Below, piece by piece: positions 1 through 22,466 of a stretch of DNA of 64,000 nt. This DNA comes from the human T2T-CHM13v2.0 reference genome, Homo sapiens. A program made the translations under genes and the position numbers. Location: NCBI RefSeq assembly GCF_009914755.1, contig NC_060948.1. One strand, written 5' to 3'. How positions within the stretch are numbered: the stretch's first letter is position 1; each line of letters opens with the position of its first letter. The notes beneath the pieces are model-generated. The model was not told where the DNA came from. It saw only the letters and a list, made by a program, of their open reading frames with translations, and ran no database searches.

Positions 1-391
1 TTTTATACATATAACTAGATAAACATGTAATTCTACATATTTTCATTTATAATATGTAGAATTATATAATCATATATAATTATTTATATTCTATAAAAAA
101 TTTTATCATTATATAAATTATAATATATAAAAATTATAATATGTACTACAAATATATATATTATATATCATATATGATATAGTACCTTTGTTATGTATCA
201 TAATACATATAAATGTGTATTATGTTATCTATAATTATATAATTTCATATATAAGATGTATAATATGTATCATATATTATATATGTTATGTAATATATAT
301 AGTATATATAAGATGACACAGGATAAATATTATATACTGTGACATATAAAATATATGAGGTTATATGTTACATATAAGGCATAGCACATAA

Positions 392-706
<315 letters not shown>

Positions 707-1275
707 AGATCCATATTTTTTAAATGAAAAAAAATTTCAAAGGTACTCTGCTTGGTACAATAATCAAATGTATAAACTGAGGAATAAAACATAACCATGA
801 AACCTACTTATAACTGCATATGGAAAATACAGAGGATAATTTTTTAAATAACATATTTTGAAAGCCTTAACTAGTAATTTGAAGAGTTGGCATTTGAAAG
901 GCCAGTATGAATATACCTTCAAAGCAGCAACACAGGTTCCCCATTAGAAAAAGCAAACACAGGGAAAATAAAAACACAAAGGTTCAATCTCTTCTGACCT
1001 TTGAAAGACACAGCACAGACAGTGGTCCTTAGGACGAAGAGCAGGAGACCCCTAATTCCGTCACCATGGCGATAGGGCATAAACATTGCTGGGTGAGGGC
1101 ACAATCCACATTGTGAGGTCCAACTGCTGCCAGGAAGACAGGAGTGCTTTTACATAGACCGAAAGGTCATTGAAGGCTCAGAGTTTTGTTTCAAGAACTG
1201 AATCCCAAGCCCACACGTTATTAGGCTGCGCTTCTTAAAACAAGTTATGAGATGGGAAAAAGGGCACCCACAAAC
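707..1275. repeat. HSATI-like mixed-sequence segment of unit 1 (recurs immediately after each Alu copy)
   Basis: ~570 bp non-simple sequence between the Alu end and the AT-rich tract, nearly invariant across 27 copies. Size and position fit the HSATI component of DYZ2 (assigned from knowledge, not by alignment). Confidence 0.75.
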
Positions 1276-3126
<1,851 letters not shown>

Positions 3127-5227
3127 AGATCCATATTTTTTAAATGAAAAAAAATTTCAAAGGTACTCTGCTTGGTACAATAATCAAATGTATAAACTGA
3201 GGAATAAAACATAACCATGAAACCTACTTATAACTGCATATGGAAAATACAGAGGATAATTTTTTAAATAACATATTTTGAAAGCCTTAAGTAGTAATTT
3301 GAAGAGCTGGCATTTGAAAGGCCAGTATGAATATACCTTCAAAGCAGCAACACAGGTTCCCCATGAGAAAAAGCAAACACAGGGAAAATAAAAACACAAA
3401 GGTTCAATCTCTTCTGACCTTTGAAAGACACAGCACAGACAGTGGTCCTTAGGACGAAGAGCAGGAGACCCCTAATACCGTCACCATGGCGATAGGGCAT
3501 AAACATTGCTGGGTGAGGGCACAATCCACATTGTGAGGTCCAACTGCTGCCAGGAAGACAGGAGTGCTTTTACATAGACCGAAAGGTCATTGAAGGCTCA
3601 GAGTTTTGTTTCAAGAACTGAATCCCAAGCCCACACGTTATTAGGCTGCGCTTCTTAAAACAAGTTATGAGATGGGGAAAAGGGCACCCACAAACATACG
3701 TATACATTATGTATATAATAATATACAGTATCATATATATAATATATATAACCTATGTATAATATTGTTTTACATCCTGCATCTTATGTTATATATATTT
3801 TATAAAATATAATAATTGATAATATATAAGTTTTATAATTATACAATATGACATATAGTATATATTATAATTTATGACATATAATATATGTTATATGTCA
3901 TATATAGAATATATTATACGGTTAATATACGTATTAAATATAAATTATACATTATATATATTATATATAATATATCTGTTATATATAATACCCATTATGC
4001 ATAATATATATATTTTGTCTATGTTATATATAGTATAAAACAACATATAATAATATATAATTGTATATATAAAATGCGACATATAATATATATTATATTT
4101 TATAACATATGTAATATATATTATATATTATATATAATACGTTGTATGTATAATACCTATATTAAATATATATTATATGACTATGTTATTAATTACATGT
4201 CACATGTGTTATATATTATATATTTTAGATAGAATATACCGGTTACATACAATATATACTATGTTACCTATAATGTATAATTTATTACATGTAAAATAAA
4301 GAATGCAATATATTATGTATAATTTGTAATATACAATATGTGGAATGTGATATATATAACATATAATATATTATATATGATATACAGTATATGATATATA
4401 ACATACAATATATGATTCCTAATATATATGGTACACAATATATATTTTATGGTATGTATTCTATATGTTTTATATTCTGTTATATATAACTATTTGAAAT
4501 TATATATAACTGTATAATATTTTATGTAAATATGTAATAAAATATATATAACTGTATAATATATTATATATAACTATATATTTTGTTATATATACTTTTA
4601 TAAAAGAATTTACATAAAATATCATAATATAATATATATTATATTATTTCATATTACATAATATATATTACATATCACCCAATATAACTAACATACATAA
4701 TATTATAATATAGATTATATTATGTTATATTAAATATCATATATATCATGTATCATATATTCTATAATATATATTACACATTATATAATATGTATGTTGT
4801 CTATTATGTGATATATATAACTATATATAATTATATTTTTATACATATAACTAGATAAACATGTAATTCTACATATTTTCATTTATAATATGTAGAATTA
4901 TATAATCATATATAATTATTTATATTCTATAAAAAATTTTATCATTATATAAATTATAATATATAAAAATTATAATATGTACTACAAATATATATATTAT
5001 ATATCATATATGATATAGTACCTTTGTTATATATCATAATACATATAAATGTGTATTATGTTATCTATAATTATATAATTTCATATATAAGATGTATAAT
5101 ATGTATCATATATTATATATGTTATGTAATATATATAGTATATATAAGATGACACAGGATAAATATTATATACTATGACATATAAAATATATGAGGTTAT
5201 ATGTTACATATAAGGCATAGCACATAA

Positions 5228-5542
<315 letters not shown>

Positions 5543-7645
5543 AGATCCATATTTTTTAAATGAAAAAAAATTTCAAAGGTACTCTGCTTGGTACAATAAT
5601 CAAATGTATAAACTGAGGAATAAAACATAACCATGAAACCTACTTATAACTGCATATGGAAAATACAGAGGATAATTTTTTAAATAACATATTTTGAAAG
5701 CCTTAAGTAGTAATTTGAAGAGCTGGCATTTGAAAGGCCAGTATGAATATACCTTCAAAGCAGCAACACAGGTTCCCCATGAGAAAAAGCAAACACAGGG
5801 AAAATAAAAACACAAAGGTTCAATCTCTTCTGACCTTTGAAAGACACAGCACAGACAGTGGTCCTTAGGACGAAGAGCAGGAGACCCCTAATTCCGTCAC
5901 CATGGCGATAGGGCATAAACATTGCTGGGTGAGGGCACAATCCACATTGTGAGGTCCAACTGCTGCCAGGAAGACAGGAGTGCTTTTACATAGACCGAAA
6001 GGTCATTGAAGGCTCAGAGTTTTGTTTCAAGAACTGAATCCCAAGCCCACACGTTATTAGGCTGCGCTTCTTAAAACAAGTTATGAGATGGGGAAAAGGG
6101 CACCCAAAAACATACGTATACATTATGTATATAATAATATACAGTATCATATATATAATATATATAACCTATGTATAATATTGTTTTACATCCTGCATCA
6201 TATGTTATATATATTGTATAAAATATAATAATTGATAATATATAAGTTTTATAATTATACAATATGACATATAGTATATATTATAATTTATGACATATAA
6301 TATATGTTATATGTCATATATAGAATATATTATAAGGTTAATATACGTATTAAATATAAATTATACATTATATATATTATATATAATATATCTGTTATAT
6401 ATAATACCCATTATGCATAATATATATATTTTGTCTATGTTATATATAGTATAAAACAACATATAATAATATATAATTGTATATATAAAATGCGACATAT
6501 AATATATATTATATTTTATAACATATGTAATATATATTATATATTATATATAATACGTTGTATGTATAATACCTATATTAAATATATATTATATGAGTAT
6601 GTTATTAATTACATGTCACATGTGTTATATATTATATATTTTACATAGAATATACCGGTTACATACAATATATACTATGTTACCTATAATGTATAATTTA
6701 TTACAAGTAAAATAAAGAATGCAATATATTATGTATAATTTATAATATACCATATGAGGAATGTGATATATATAACATATAATATATGATATATGATATA
6801 CAGTATATGATATATAACATACAATATATGATTCCTAATATATATGGTATACAATATATATTTTATGATATGTATTCTATATGTTTTATATTCTGTTATA
6901 TATAACTATTTGAAATTATATATAACTGTATAATATTTTATGTAAATATGTAATATAATATATATAATTATATAATATAATATAGATAACTATATAATAT
7001 GTTATATATACTTTTATAACATAATTTACATAAAATATCATAATATAATATATATTATATTATTTCATATTACATAATATATATTACATATCACCCAATA
7101 TAACTAACATACATAATATTATAATATAGATTATATTGTGTTATATTAAATATCATATATATCATGTATCATATATTCTATAATATATATTACACATTAT
7201 ATAATATGTATGTTGTCTATTATGTGATATATATAACTATATATATAATTATATTTTTATACATATAACTGGATAAACATGTAATTCTACATATTTTCTT
7301 TTATAATATGTAGAATTATATAATCATATATAATTATTTATATTCTATAAAAACTTTTATCATTATATAAATTATAATATATAAAAATTATAACATGTAC
7401 TACAAATATATATATTACATATCATATATGATATAGTACCTTTGTTATATATCATAATACATATAAATGTGTATTATGTTATCTATAATTATATAATTTC
7501 ATATATAAGATGTATAATATGTATCATATATTATATATGTTATGTAATATATATAGTATATATAAGATGACACAGGATAAATATTATATACTATGAAATA
7601 TAAAATATATGAGGTTATATGTTACATATAAGGCATAGCACATAA

Positions 7646-7960
<315 letters not shown>

Positions 7961-10065
7961 AGATCCATATTTATTAAATGAAAAAAAATTTCAAAGGTAC
8001 TCTGCTTGGTACAATAATCAAATGTATAAACTGAGGAATAAAACATAACCATGAAACCTACTTATAACTGCATATGGAAAATACAGAGGATAATTTTTTA
8101 AATAACATATTTTGAAAGCCTTAACTAGTAATTTGAAGAGTTGGCATTTGAAAGGCCAGTATGAATATACCTTCAAAGCAGCAACAGAGGTTCCCCATGA
8201 GAAAAAGCAAACACAGGGAAAATAAAAACACAAAGGTTCAATCTCTTCTGACCTTTGAAAGACACAGCACAGACAGTGGTCCTTAGGACGAAGAGCAGGA
8301 GACCCCTAATTCCGTCACCATGGCGATAGGGCATAAACATTGCTGGGTGAGGGCACAATCCACATTGTGAGGTCCAACTGCTGCCAGGAAGACAGGAGTG
8401 CTTTTACATAGACCGAAAGGTCATTGAAGGCTCAGAGTTTTGTTTCAAGAACTGAATCCCAAGCCCACACGTTATTAGGCTGCGCTTCTTAAAACAAGTT
8501 ATGAGATGGGAAAAAGGGCACCCACAAACATACGTATACATTATGTATATAATAATATACACTATCACATATATAATATATATAACCTATGTATAATATT
8601 GTTTTACATCCTGCATCTTATGTTATATATATTGTATAAAATATAATAATTGATAATATATAAGTTTTATATTTATACAATATGACATATAGTATATATT
8701 ATAATTTATGACATATATAATATATGTTATATATCATATATAGAATATATTATACGGTTAATATACGTATTAAATATAAATTATACATTATATATATTAT
8801 ATATAATATATCTGTTATATATAATACCCATTATGCATAATATATATATTATGTCTATGTTATATATAGTATAAAACCACATATAATAATATATAATTGT
8901 ATATATAAAATGCGACATATAATATATATTATATTTTATAACATATGTAATATATATTATATATTATATATAATACGTTGTATGTATAATACCTATATTA
9001 AATATATATTATATGACTATGTTATTAATTACATGTCACATGTGTTATATATTATATATTTTACATAGAATATACCGGTTACATACAATATATACTATGT
9101 TACCTATAATGTATAATTTATTACATGTAAAATAAAGACTGCAATATATTATGTATAATTTATAATATACAATATGTGGAATGTGATATATATAACATAT
9201 AATATATGATATATGATATACAGTATATGATATATAACATACAATATATGATTCCTAATATATATGGTATACAATATATATTTTATGATATGTATTCTAT
9301 ATGTTTTATATTCTGTTATATATAACTATTTGAAATTATATATAACTGTATAATATTTTATGTAAATATGTAATAAAATATATATAACTATATAATATAT
9401 TATATATAACTATATATTATGTTATATATACTTTTATAACATAATTTACATAAAATATCATAATATAATATATATTATATTATTTCATATTACATAATAT
9501 ATATTACATATCACCCAATATAACTAACATACATAATATTATAATATAGATTATATTGTGCTATATTAAATATCATATATATCATGTATCATATATTCTA
9601 TAATATATATTACACATTACATAATATGTATGTTGTCTATTATGTGATATATATAACTATATATATAATTATATTTTTATACATATAACTAGATAAACAT
9701 GTAATTCTACATATTTTCATTTATAATATGTAGAATTATATAATCATATATAATTATTTATATTCTATAAAAAATTTTATCATTATATAAATTATAATAT
9801 ATAAAAATTATAATATGTACTACAAATATATATATTATATATCATATATGATTTACTACCTTTGTTATATATCATAATACATATAAATGTGTATTATGTT
9901 ATCTATAATTATATAATTTCATATATAAGGTGTATAATATGTATCATATATTATATATGTTATGTAATATATATAGTATATATAAGATGACACAGGATAA
10001 ATATTATATACTATGACATATAAAATATATGAGGTTATATGTTACATATAAGGCATAGCCCATAA

Positions 10066-10380
<315 letters not shown>

Positions 10381-12482
10381 AGATCCATATTTTTTAAATG
10401 AAAAAAAATTTCAAAGGTACTCTGCTTGGTACAATAATCAAATATATAAACTGAGGAATAAAACATAACCATGAAACCTACTTATAACTGCATATGGAAA
10501 ATACAGAGGATAATTTTTAAATAACATATTTTGAAAGCCTTAACTAGTAATTTGAAGAGCTGGCATTTGAAAGGCCAGTATGAATATACCTTCAAAGCAG
10601 CAACACAGGTTCCCCATGAGAAAAAGCAAACACAGGGAAAATAAAAACACAAAGGTTCAATCTCTTCTGACCTTTGAAAGACACAGCACAGACAGTGGTC
10701 CTTAGGACGAAGAGCAGGAGACCCCTAATTCCGTCACCATGGCGATAGGGCATAAACATTGCTGGGTGAGGGCACAATCCACATTGTGAGGTCCAACTGC
10801 TGCCAGGAAGACAGGAGTGCTTTTACATAGACCGAAAGGTCATTGAAGGCTCAGAGTTTTGTTTCAAGAACTGAATCCCAAGCCCACACGTTATTAGGCT
10901 GCGCTTCTTAAAACAAGTTATGAGATGGGGAAAAGGGCACCCACAAACATACGTATACATTATGTATATAATAATATACAGTATCATATATATAATATAT
11001 ATAACCTATGTATAATATTGTTTTACATCCTGCATCTTATGTTATATATATTGCATAAAATATAATAATTGATAATATATAAGTTTTATAATTATACAAT
11101 ATGACATATAGTATATATTATAATTTATGACATATAATATATGTTATATGTCATATATAGAATATATTATACGGTTAATATACGTATTAAATATAAATTA
11201 TACATTATATATATTATATATAATATATCTGTTATATATAATACCCATTATGCATAATATATATATTATGTCTATGTTATATATAGTATAAAACAACATG
11301 TAATAATATATAATTGTATATATAAAATGCGACATATAATATATATTATATTTTATAACATATGTAATATATATTATATATTATATATAATACGTTGTAT
11401 GTATAATACCTATATTAAATATATATTATATGAGTATGTTATTAATTACATGTCACATGTGTTATATATTATATATTTTACATAGAATATACCGGTTACA
11501 TACAATATATACTATGTTACCTATAATGTATAATTTATTACAAGTAAAATAAAGAATGCAATATATTATGTATAATTTATAATATACCTTATGAGGAATG
11601 TGATATATATAACATACAATATATGATATATGATATACAGTATATGATATATAACATACAATATATGATTCCTAATATATATGGTATACAATATATATTT
11701 TATGATATGTATTCTATATGTTTTATATTCTGTTATATATAACTATTTGAAATTATATATAACTGTATAATATTTTATGTAAATATGTAATAAAATATAT
11801 ATAACTATATAATATATTATATATAACTATATATTATGTTATATATACTTTTATAACATAATTTACATAAAATATCATAATATAATATATATTATATTAT
11901 TTCATATTACATAATATATATTACATATCACCCAATATAACTAACATACATAATATTATAATATAGATTATATTGTGCTATATTAAATATCATATATATC
12001 ATGTATCATATATTCTAAAATATATATTACACATTACATAATATGTATGTTGTCTATTATGTGATATATATAACTATATATATAATTATATTTTTATACA
12101 TATAACTAGATAAACATGTAATTCTACATATTTTCATTTATAATATGTAGAATTATATAATCATATATAATTATTTATATTCTATAAAAAATTTTATCAT
12201 TATATAAATTATAATATATAAAAATTATAATATGTACTACAAATATATATATTATATATCATATATGATATAGTACCTTTGTTATATATCATAATACATA
12301 TAAATGTGTATTATGTTATCTATAATTATATAATTTCATATATAAGATGTATAATATGTATCATATATTATATATGTTATGTAATATATATAGTATATAT
12401 AAGATGACACAGGATAAATATTATATACTATGACATATAAAATATATCAGGTTATATGTTACATATAAGGCATAGCACATAA

Positions 12483-12797
<315 letters not shown>

Positions 12798-14899
12798 AGA
12801 TCCATATTTATTAAATGAAAAAAAATTTCAAAGGTACTCTGCTTGGTACAATAATCAAATGTATAAACTGAGGAATAAAACATAACCATGAAACCTACTT
12901 ATAACTGCATATGGAAAATACAGAGGATAATTTTTTAAATAACATATTTTGAAAGCCTTAACTAGTAATTTGAAGAGTTGGCATTTGAAAGGCCAGTATG
13001 AATATACCTTCAAAGCAGCAACACAGGTTCCCCATTAGAATAAGCAAACACAGGGAAAATAAAAACACAAAGGTTCAATCTCTTCTGACCTTTGAAAGAC
13101 ACAGCACAGACAGTGGTCCTTAGGACGAAGAGCAGGAGACCCCTAATTCCGTCACCATGGCGATAGGGCATAAACATTGCTGGGTGAGGGCACAATCCAC
13201 ATTGTGAGGTCCAACTGCTGCCAGGAAGACAGGAGTGCTTTTACATAGACCGAAAGGTCATTGAAGGCTCAGAGTTTTGTTTCAAGAACTGAATCCCAAG
13301 CCCACACGTTATTAGGCTGCGCTTCTTAAAACAAGTTATGAGATGGGAAAAAGGGCACCCACAAACATACGTATACATTATGTATATAATAATATACACT
13401 ATCACATATATAATATATATAACCTATGTATAATATTGTTTTACATCCTGCATCTTATGTTATATATATTGTATAAAATATAATAATTGATAATATATAA
13501 GTTTTATATTTATACAATATGACATATAGTATATATTATAATTTATGACATATATAATATATGCTATATATCATATATAGAATATATTATACGGTTAATA
13601 TACGTATTAAATATAAATTATACATTATATATATTATATATAATATATCTGTTATATATAATACCCATTATGCATAATATATATATTATGTCTATGTTAT
13701 ATATAGTATAAAACCACATATAATAATATATAATTGTATATATAAAATGCGACATATAATATATATTATATTTTATAACATATGTAATATATATTATATA
13801 TTATATATAATACGTTGTATGTATAATACCTATATTAAATATATATTATATGACTATGTTATTAATTACATGTCACATGTGTTATATATTATATATTTTA
13901 CATAGAATATACCGGTTACATACAATATATACTATGTTACCTATAATGTATAATTTATTACATGTAAAATAAAGAATGCAATATATTATGTAAAATTTAT
14001 AATATACAATATGTGGAATGTGATATATATAACATATAATATATGATATATGATGTACAGTATATGATATATAACATACAATATATGATTCCTAATATAT
14101 ATGGTATACAATATATATTTTATGATATGTATTCTATATGTTTTATATTCTGTTATATATAACTATTTGAAATTATATATAACTGTATATTTTATGTAAA
14201 TATGTAATATAATATATATAACTATATAATATATTATATATAACTATATATTATGTTATATATACTTTTATAACATAATTTACATAAAATATCATAATAT
14301 AATATATATTATATTATTTCATATTACATAATATATATTACATATCACCCAATATAACTAACATACATAATATTATAATATAGATTATATTATGTTATAT
14401 TAAATATCATATATATCATGTATCATATATTCTATAATATATATTACACATTATATAATATGTATGTTGTCTATTATGTGATATATATAACTATATATAT
14501 AATTATATTTTTATACATATAACTAGATAAACATGTAATTCTACATATTTTCATTTATAATATGTAGAATTATATAATCATATATAATTATTTATATTCT
14601 ATAAAAAATTTTATGATTATATAAATTATAATATATAAAAATTATAATATGTACTACAAATATATATATTATATATCATATATGATATAGTACCTTTGTT
14701 ATATATCATAATACATATAAATGTGTATTATGTTATCTATAATTATATAATTTCATATATAAGATGTATAATATGTATCATATATTATATATGTTATGTA
14801 ATATATATAGTATATATAAGATGACACAGGATAAATATTATATACTATGACATATAAAATATATGAGGTTATATGTTACATATAAGGCATAGCCCATAA

Positions 14900-15214
<315 letters not shown>

Positions 15215-17317
15215 AGATCCATATTTTTTAAATGAAAAAAAATTTCAAAGGTACTCTGCTTGGTACAATAATCAAATGTATAAACTGAGGAATAAAACAT
15301 AACCATGAAACCTACTTATAACTGCATATGGAAAATACAGAGGATAATTTTTTAAATAACATATTTTGAAAGCCTTAACTAGTAATTTGAAGAGTTGGCA
15401 TTTGAAAGGCCAGTATGAATATACCTTCAAAGCAGCAACAGAGGTTCCCCATGAGAAAAAGCAAACACAGGGAAAATAAAAACACAAAGGTTCAATCTCT
15501 TCTGACCTTTGAAAGACACAGCACAGACAGTGGTCCTTAGGACGAAGAGCAGGAGACCCCTAATTCCGTCACCATGGCGATAGGGCATAAACATTGCTGG
15601 GTGAGGGCACAATCCACATTGTGAGGTCCAACTGCTGCCAGGAAGACAGGAGTGCTTTTACATAGACCGAAAGGTCATTGAAGGCTCAGAGTTTTGTTTC
15701 AAGAACTGAATCCCAAGCATACACGTTATTAGGCTGCGCTTCTTAAAACAAGTTATGAGATGGGGAAAAGGGCACCCACAAACATACGTATACATTATGT
15801 ATATAATAATATACAGTATCATATATATAATATATATAACCTATGTATAATATTGTTTTACATCCTGCATCTTATGTTATATATATTGTATAAAATATAA
15901 TAATTGGTAATATATAAGTTTTATAATTATACAATATGACATATAGTATATATTATAATTTATGACATATAATATATGTTATATGTCATATATAGAATAT
16001 ATTATACGGTTAATATACGTATTAAATATAAATTATACATTATATATATTATATATAATATATCTGTTATATATAATACCCATTATGCATAATATATATA
16101 TTATGTCTATGTTATATATAGTATAAAACAACATGTAATAATATATAATTGTATATATAAAATGCGACATATAATATATATTATATTTTATAACATATGT
16201 AATATATATTATATATTATATATAATACGTTGTATGTATAATACCTATATTAAATATATATTATATGACTATGTTATTAATTACATGTTACATGTGTTAT
16301 ATATTATATATTTAACATAGAATATACCGGTTACATACAATATATACTATGTTACCTATAATGTATAATTTATTACAAGTAAAATAAAGAATGCAATATA
16401 TTATGTATAATTTATAATATACCATATGTGGAATGTGATATATATAACATATAATATATGATATATGATATACAGTATATGATATATAACATACAATATA
16501 TGATTCCTAATATATATGGTATGCAATATATATTTTATGATATGTATTCTATATGTTTTATATTCTGTTATATATAACTATTTGAAATTATATATAACTG
16601 TATAATATTTTATGTAAATATGTAATATAATATATATAACTATATAATATATTATATATAACTATATATTATGTTATATATACTTTTATAACATAATTTA
16701 CATAAAATATCATAATATAATATATATTATATTATTTCATATTACATAATATATATTACATATCACCCAATATAACTAACATACATAATATTATAATATA
16801 GATTATATTGTGTTATATTAAATATCATATATATCATGTATCATATATTCTATAATATATATTACACATTATATAATATGTATGTTGTCTATTATGTGAT
16901 ATATATAACTATATATATAATTATATTTTTATACATATAACTAGATAAACATGTAATTCTACATATTTTCATTTATAATATGTAGAATTATATAATCATA
17001 TATAATTATTTATATTCTATAAAAAATTTCATCATTATATATATTATAATATATAAAAATTATAATATGTACTACAAATATATATATTATATATCATATA
17101 TGATATAGTACCTTTGTTATATATCATAATACATATAAATGTGTATTATGTTATCTATAATTATATAATTTCATATATAAGATGTATAATATGTATCATA
17201 TATTATATATGTTATGTAATATATATAGTATATATAAGATGACACAGGATAAATATTATACACTATGACATATAAAATATATCAGGTTATATGTTACATA
17301 TAAGGCATAGCACATAA

Positions 17318-17632
<315 letters not shown>

Positions 17633-19734
17633 AGATCCATATTTTTTAAATGAAAAAAAATTTCAAAGGTACTCTGCTTGGTACAGTAATCAAATGTATA
17701 AACTGAGGAATAAAACATAAACATGAAACCTACTTATAACTGCATATGGAAAATACAGAGGATAATTTTTAAATAACATATTTTGAAAGCCTTAACTAGT
17801 AATTTGAAGAGCTGGCATTTGAAAGGCCAGTATGAATATACCTTCAAAGCAGCAACACAGGTTCCCCATGAGAAAAAGCAAACACAGGGAAAATAAAAAC
17901 ACAAAGGTTCAATCTCTTCTGACCTTTGAAAGACACAGCACAGACAGTGGTCCTTAGGACGAAGAGCAGGAGACCCCTAATTCCGTCACCATGGCGATAG
18001 GGCATAAACATTGCTGGGTGAGGGCACAATCCACATTGTGAGGTCCAACTGCTGCCAGGAAGACAGGAGTGCTTTTACATAGACCGAAAGGTCATTGAAG
18101 GCTCAGAGTTTTGTTTCAAGAACTGAATCCCAAGCCCACACGTTATTAGGCTGCGCTTCTTAAAACAAGTTATGAGATGGGGAAAAGGGCACCCACAAAC
18201 ATACGTATACATTATGTATATAATAATATACAGTATCATATATATAATATATATAACCTATGTATAATATTGTTTTACATCCTGCATCTTATGTTATATA
18301 TATTGCATAAAATATAATAATTGATAATATATAAGTTTTATAATTATACAATATGACATATAGTATATATTATAATTTATGACATATAATATATGTTATA
18401 TGTCATATATAGAATATATTATACGGTTAATATACGTATTAAATATAAATTATACATTATATATATTATATATAATATATCTGTTATATATAATACCCAT
18501 TATGCATAATATATATATTATGTCTATGTTATATATAGTATAAAACAACATGTAATAATATATAATTGTATATATAAAATGCGACATATAATATATATTA
18601 TATTTTATAACATATGTAATATATATTATATATTATATATAATACGTTGTATGTATAATACCTATATTAAATATATATTATATGAGTATGTTATTAATTA
18701 CATGTCACATGTGTTATATATTATATATTTTACATAGAATATACCGGTTACATACAATATATACTATGTTACCTATAATGTATAATTTATTACAAGTAAA
18801 ATAAAGAATGCAATATATTATGTATAATTTATAATATACCATATGAGGAATGTGATATATATAACATACAATATATGATATATGATATACAGTATATGAT
18901 ATATAACATACAATATATGATTCCTAATATATATGGTATACAATATATATTTTATGATATGTATTCTATATGTTTTATATTCTGTTATATATAACTATTT
19001 GAAATTATATATAACTGTATAATATTTTATGTAAATATGTAATAAAATATATATAACTATATAATATATTATATATAACTATATATTATGTTATATATAC
19101 TTTTATAACATAATTTACATAAAATATCATAATATAATATATATTATATTATTTCATATTACATAATATATATTACATATCACCCAATATAACTAACATA
19201 CATAATATTATAATATAGATTATATTGTGCTATATTAAATATCATATATATCATGTATCATATATTCTAAAATATATATTACACATTACATAATATGTAT
19301 GTTGTCTATTATGTGATATATATAACTATATATATAATTATATTTTTATACATATAACTAGATAAACATGTAATTCTACATATTTTCATTTATAATATGT
19401 AGAATTATATAATCATATATAATTATTTATATTCTATAAAAAATTTTATCATTATATAAATTATAATATATAAAAATTATAATATGTACTACAAATATAT
19501 ATATTATATATCATATATGATATAGTACCTTTGTTATATATCATAATACATATAAATGTGTATTATGTTATCTATAATTATATAATTTCATATATAAGAT
19601 GTATAATATGTATCATATATTATATATGTTATGTAATATATATAGTATATATAAGATGACACAGGATAAATATTATATACTATGACATATAAAATATATC
19701 AGGTTATATGTTACATATAAGGCATAGCACATAA

Positions 19735-20049
<315 letters not shown>

Positions 20050-22151
20050 AGATCCATATTTATTAAATGAAAAAAAATTTCAAAGGTACTCTGCTTGGTA
20101 CAATAATCAAATGTATAAACTGAGGAATAAAACATAACCATGAAACCTACTTATAACTGCATATGGAAAATACAGAGGATAATTTTTTAAATAACATATT
20201 TTGAAAGCCTTAACTAGTAATTTGAAGAGTTGGCATTTGAAAGGCCAGTATGAATATACCTTCAAAGCAGCAACACAGGTTCCCCATTAGAATAAGCAAA
20301 CACAGGGAAAATAAAAACACAAAGGTTCAATCTCTTCTGACCTTTGAAAGACACAGCACAGACAGTGGTCCTTAGGACGAAGAGCAGGAGACCCCTAATT
20401 CCGTCACCATGGCGATAGGGCATAAACATTGCTGGGTGAGGGCACAATCCACATTGTGAGGTCCAACTGCTGCCAGGAAGACAGGAGTGCTTTTACATAG
20501 ACCGAAAGGTCATTGAAGGCTCAGAGTTTTGTTTCAAGAACTGAATCCCAAGCCCACACGTTATTAGGCTGCGCTTCTTAAAACAAGTTATGAGATGGGA
20601 AAAAGGGCACCCACAAACATACGTATACATTATGTATATAATAATATACACTATCACATATATAATATATATAACCTATGTATAATATTGTTTTACATCC
20701 TGCATCTTATGTTATATATATTGTATAAAATATAATAATTGATAATATATAAGTTTTATATTTATACAATATGACATATAGTATATATTATAATTTATGA
20801 CATATATAATATATGCTATATATCATATATAGAATATATTATACGGTTAATATACGTATTAAATATAAATTATACATTATATATATTATATATAATATAT
20901 CTGTTATATATAATACCCATTATGCATAATATATATATTATGTCTATGTTATATATAGTATAAAACCACATATAATAATATATAATTGTATATATAAAAT
21001 GCGACATATAATATATATTATATTTTATAACATATGTAATATATATTATATATTATATATAATACGTTGTATGTATAATACCTATATTAAATATATATTA
21101 TATGACTATGTTATTAATTACATGTCACATGTGTTATATATTATATATTTTACATAGAATATACCGGTTACATACAATATATACTATGTTACCTATAATG
21201 TATAATTTATTACATGTAAAATAAAGAATGCAATATATTATGTAAAATTTATAATATACAATATGTGGAATGTGATATATATAACATATAATATATGATA
21301 TATGATGTACAGTATATGATATATAACATACAATATATGATTCCTAATATATATGGTATACAATATATATTTTATGATATGTATTCTATATGTTTTATAT
21401 TCTGTTATATATAACTATTTGAAATTATATATAACTGTATATTTTATGTAAATATGTAATATAATATATATAACTATATAATATATTATATATAACTATA
21501 TATTATGTTATATATACTTTTATAACATAATTTACATAAAATATCATAATATAATATATATTATATTATTTCATATTACATAATATATATTACATATCAC
21601 CCAATATAACTAACATACATAATATTATAATATAGATTATATTATGTTATATTAAATATCATATATATCATGTATCATATATTCTATAATATATATTACA
21701 CATTATATAATATGTATGTTGTCTATTATGTGATATATATAACTATATATATAATTATATTTTTATACATATAACTAGATAAACATGTAATTCTACATAT
21801 TTTCATTTATAATATGTAGAATTATATAATCATATATAATTATTTATATTCTATAAAAAATTTTATGATTATATAAATTATAATATATAAAAATTATAAT
21901 ATGTACTACAAATATATATATTATATATCATATATGATATAGTACCTTTGTTATATATCATAATACATATAAATGTGTATTATGTTATCTATAATTATAT
22001 AATTTCATATATAAGATGTATAATATGTATCATATATTATATATGTTATGTAATATATATAGTATATATAAGATGACACAGGATAAATATTATATACTAT
22101 GACATATAAAATATATGAGGTTATATGTTACATATAAGGCATAGCCCATAA

Positions 22152-22466
<315 letters not shown>

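Noticed and set aside
919-1104. 61-aa minus-strand ORF (MCPHPAMF...) open in all 27 units
   Set aside because: No recognisable domain. Persistence is expected from near-identical units, and observed changes include many amino-acid replacements. There is no expression evidence; Ribo-seq or mass spectrometry would be needed.
3184-3399. 71-aa overlapping minus-strand ORF (MCFYFPCV...)
   Set aside because: Disrupted by stops or frameshifts in units 1, 5, 6, 8, 9, 12 and 26, with AT-biased composition; a chance ORF.
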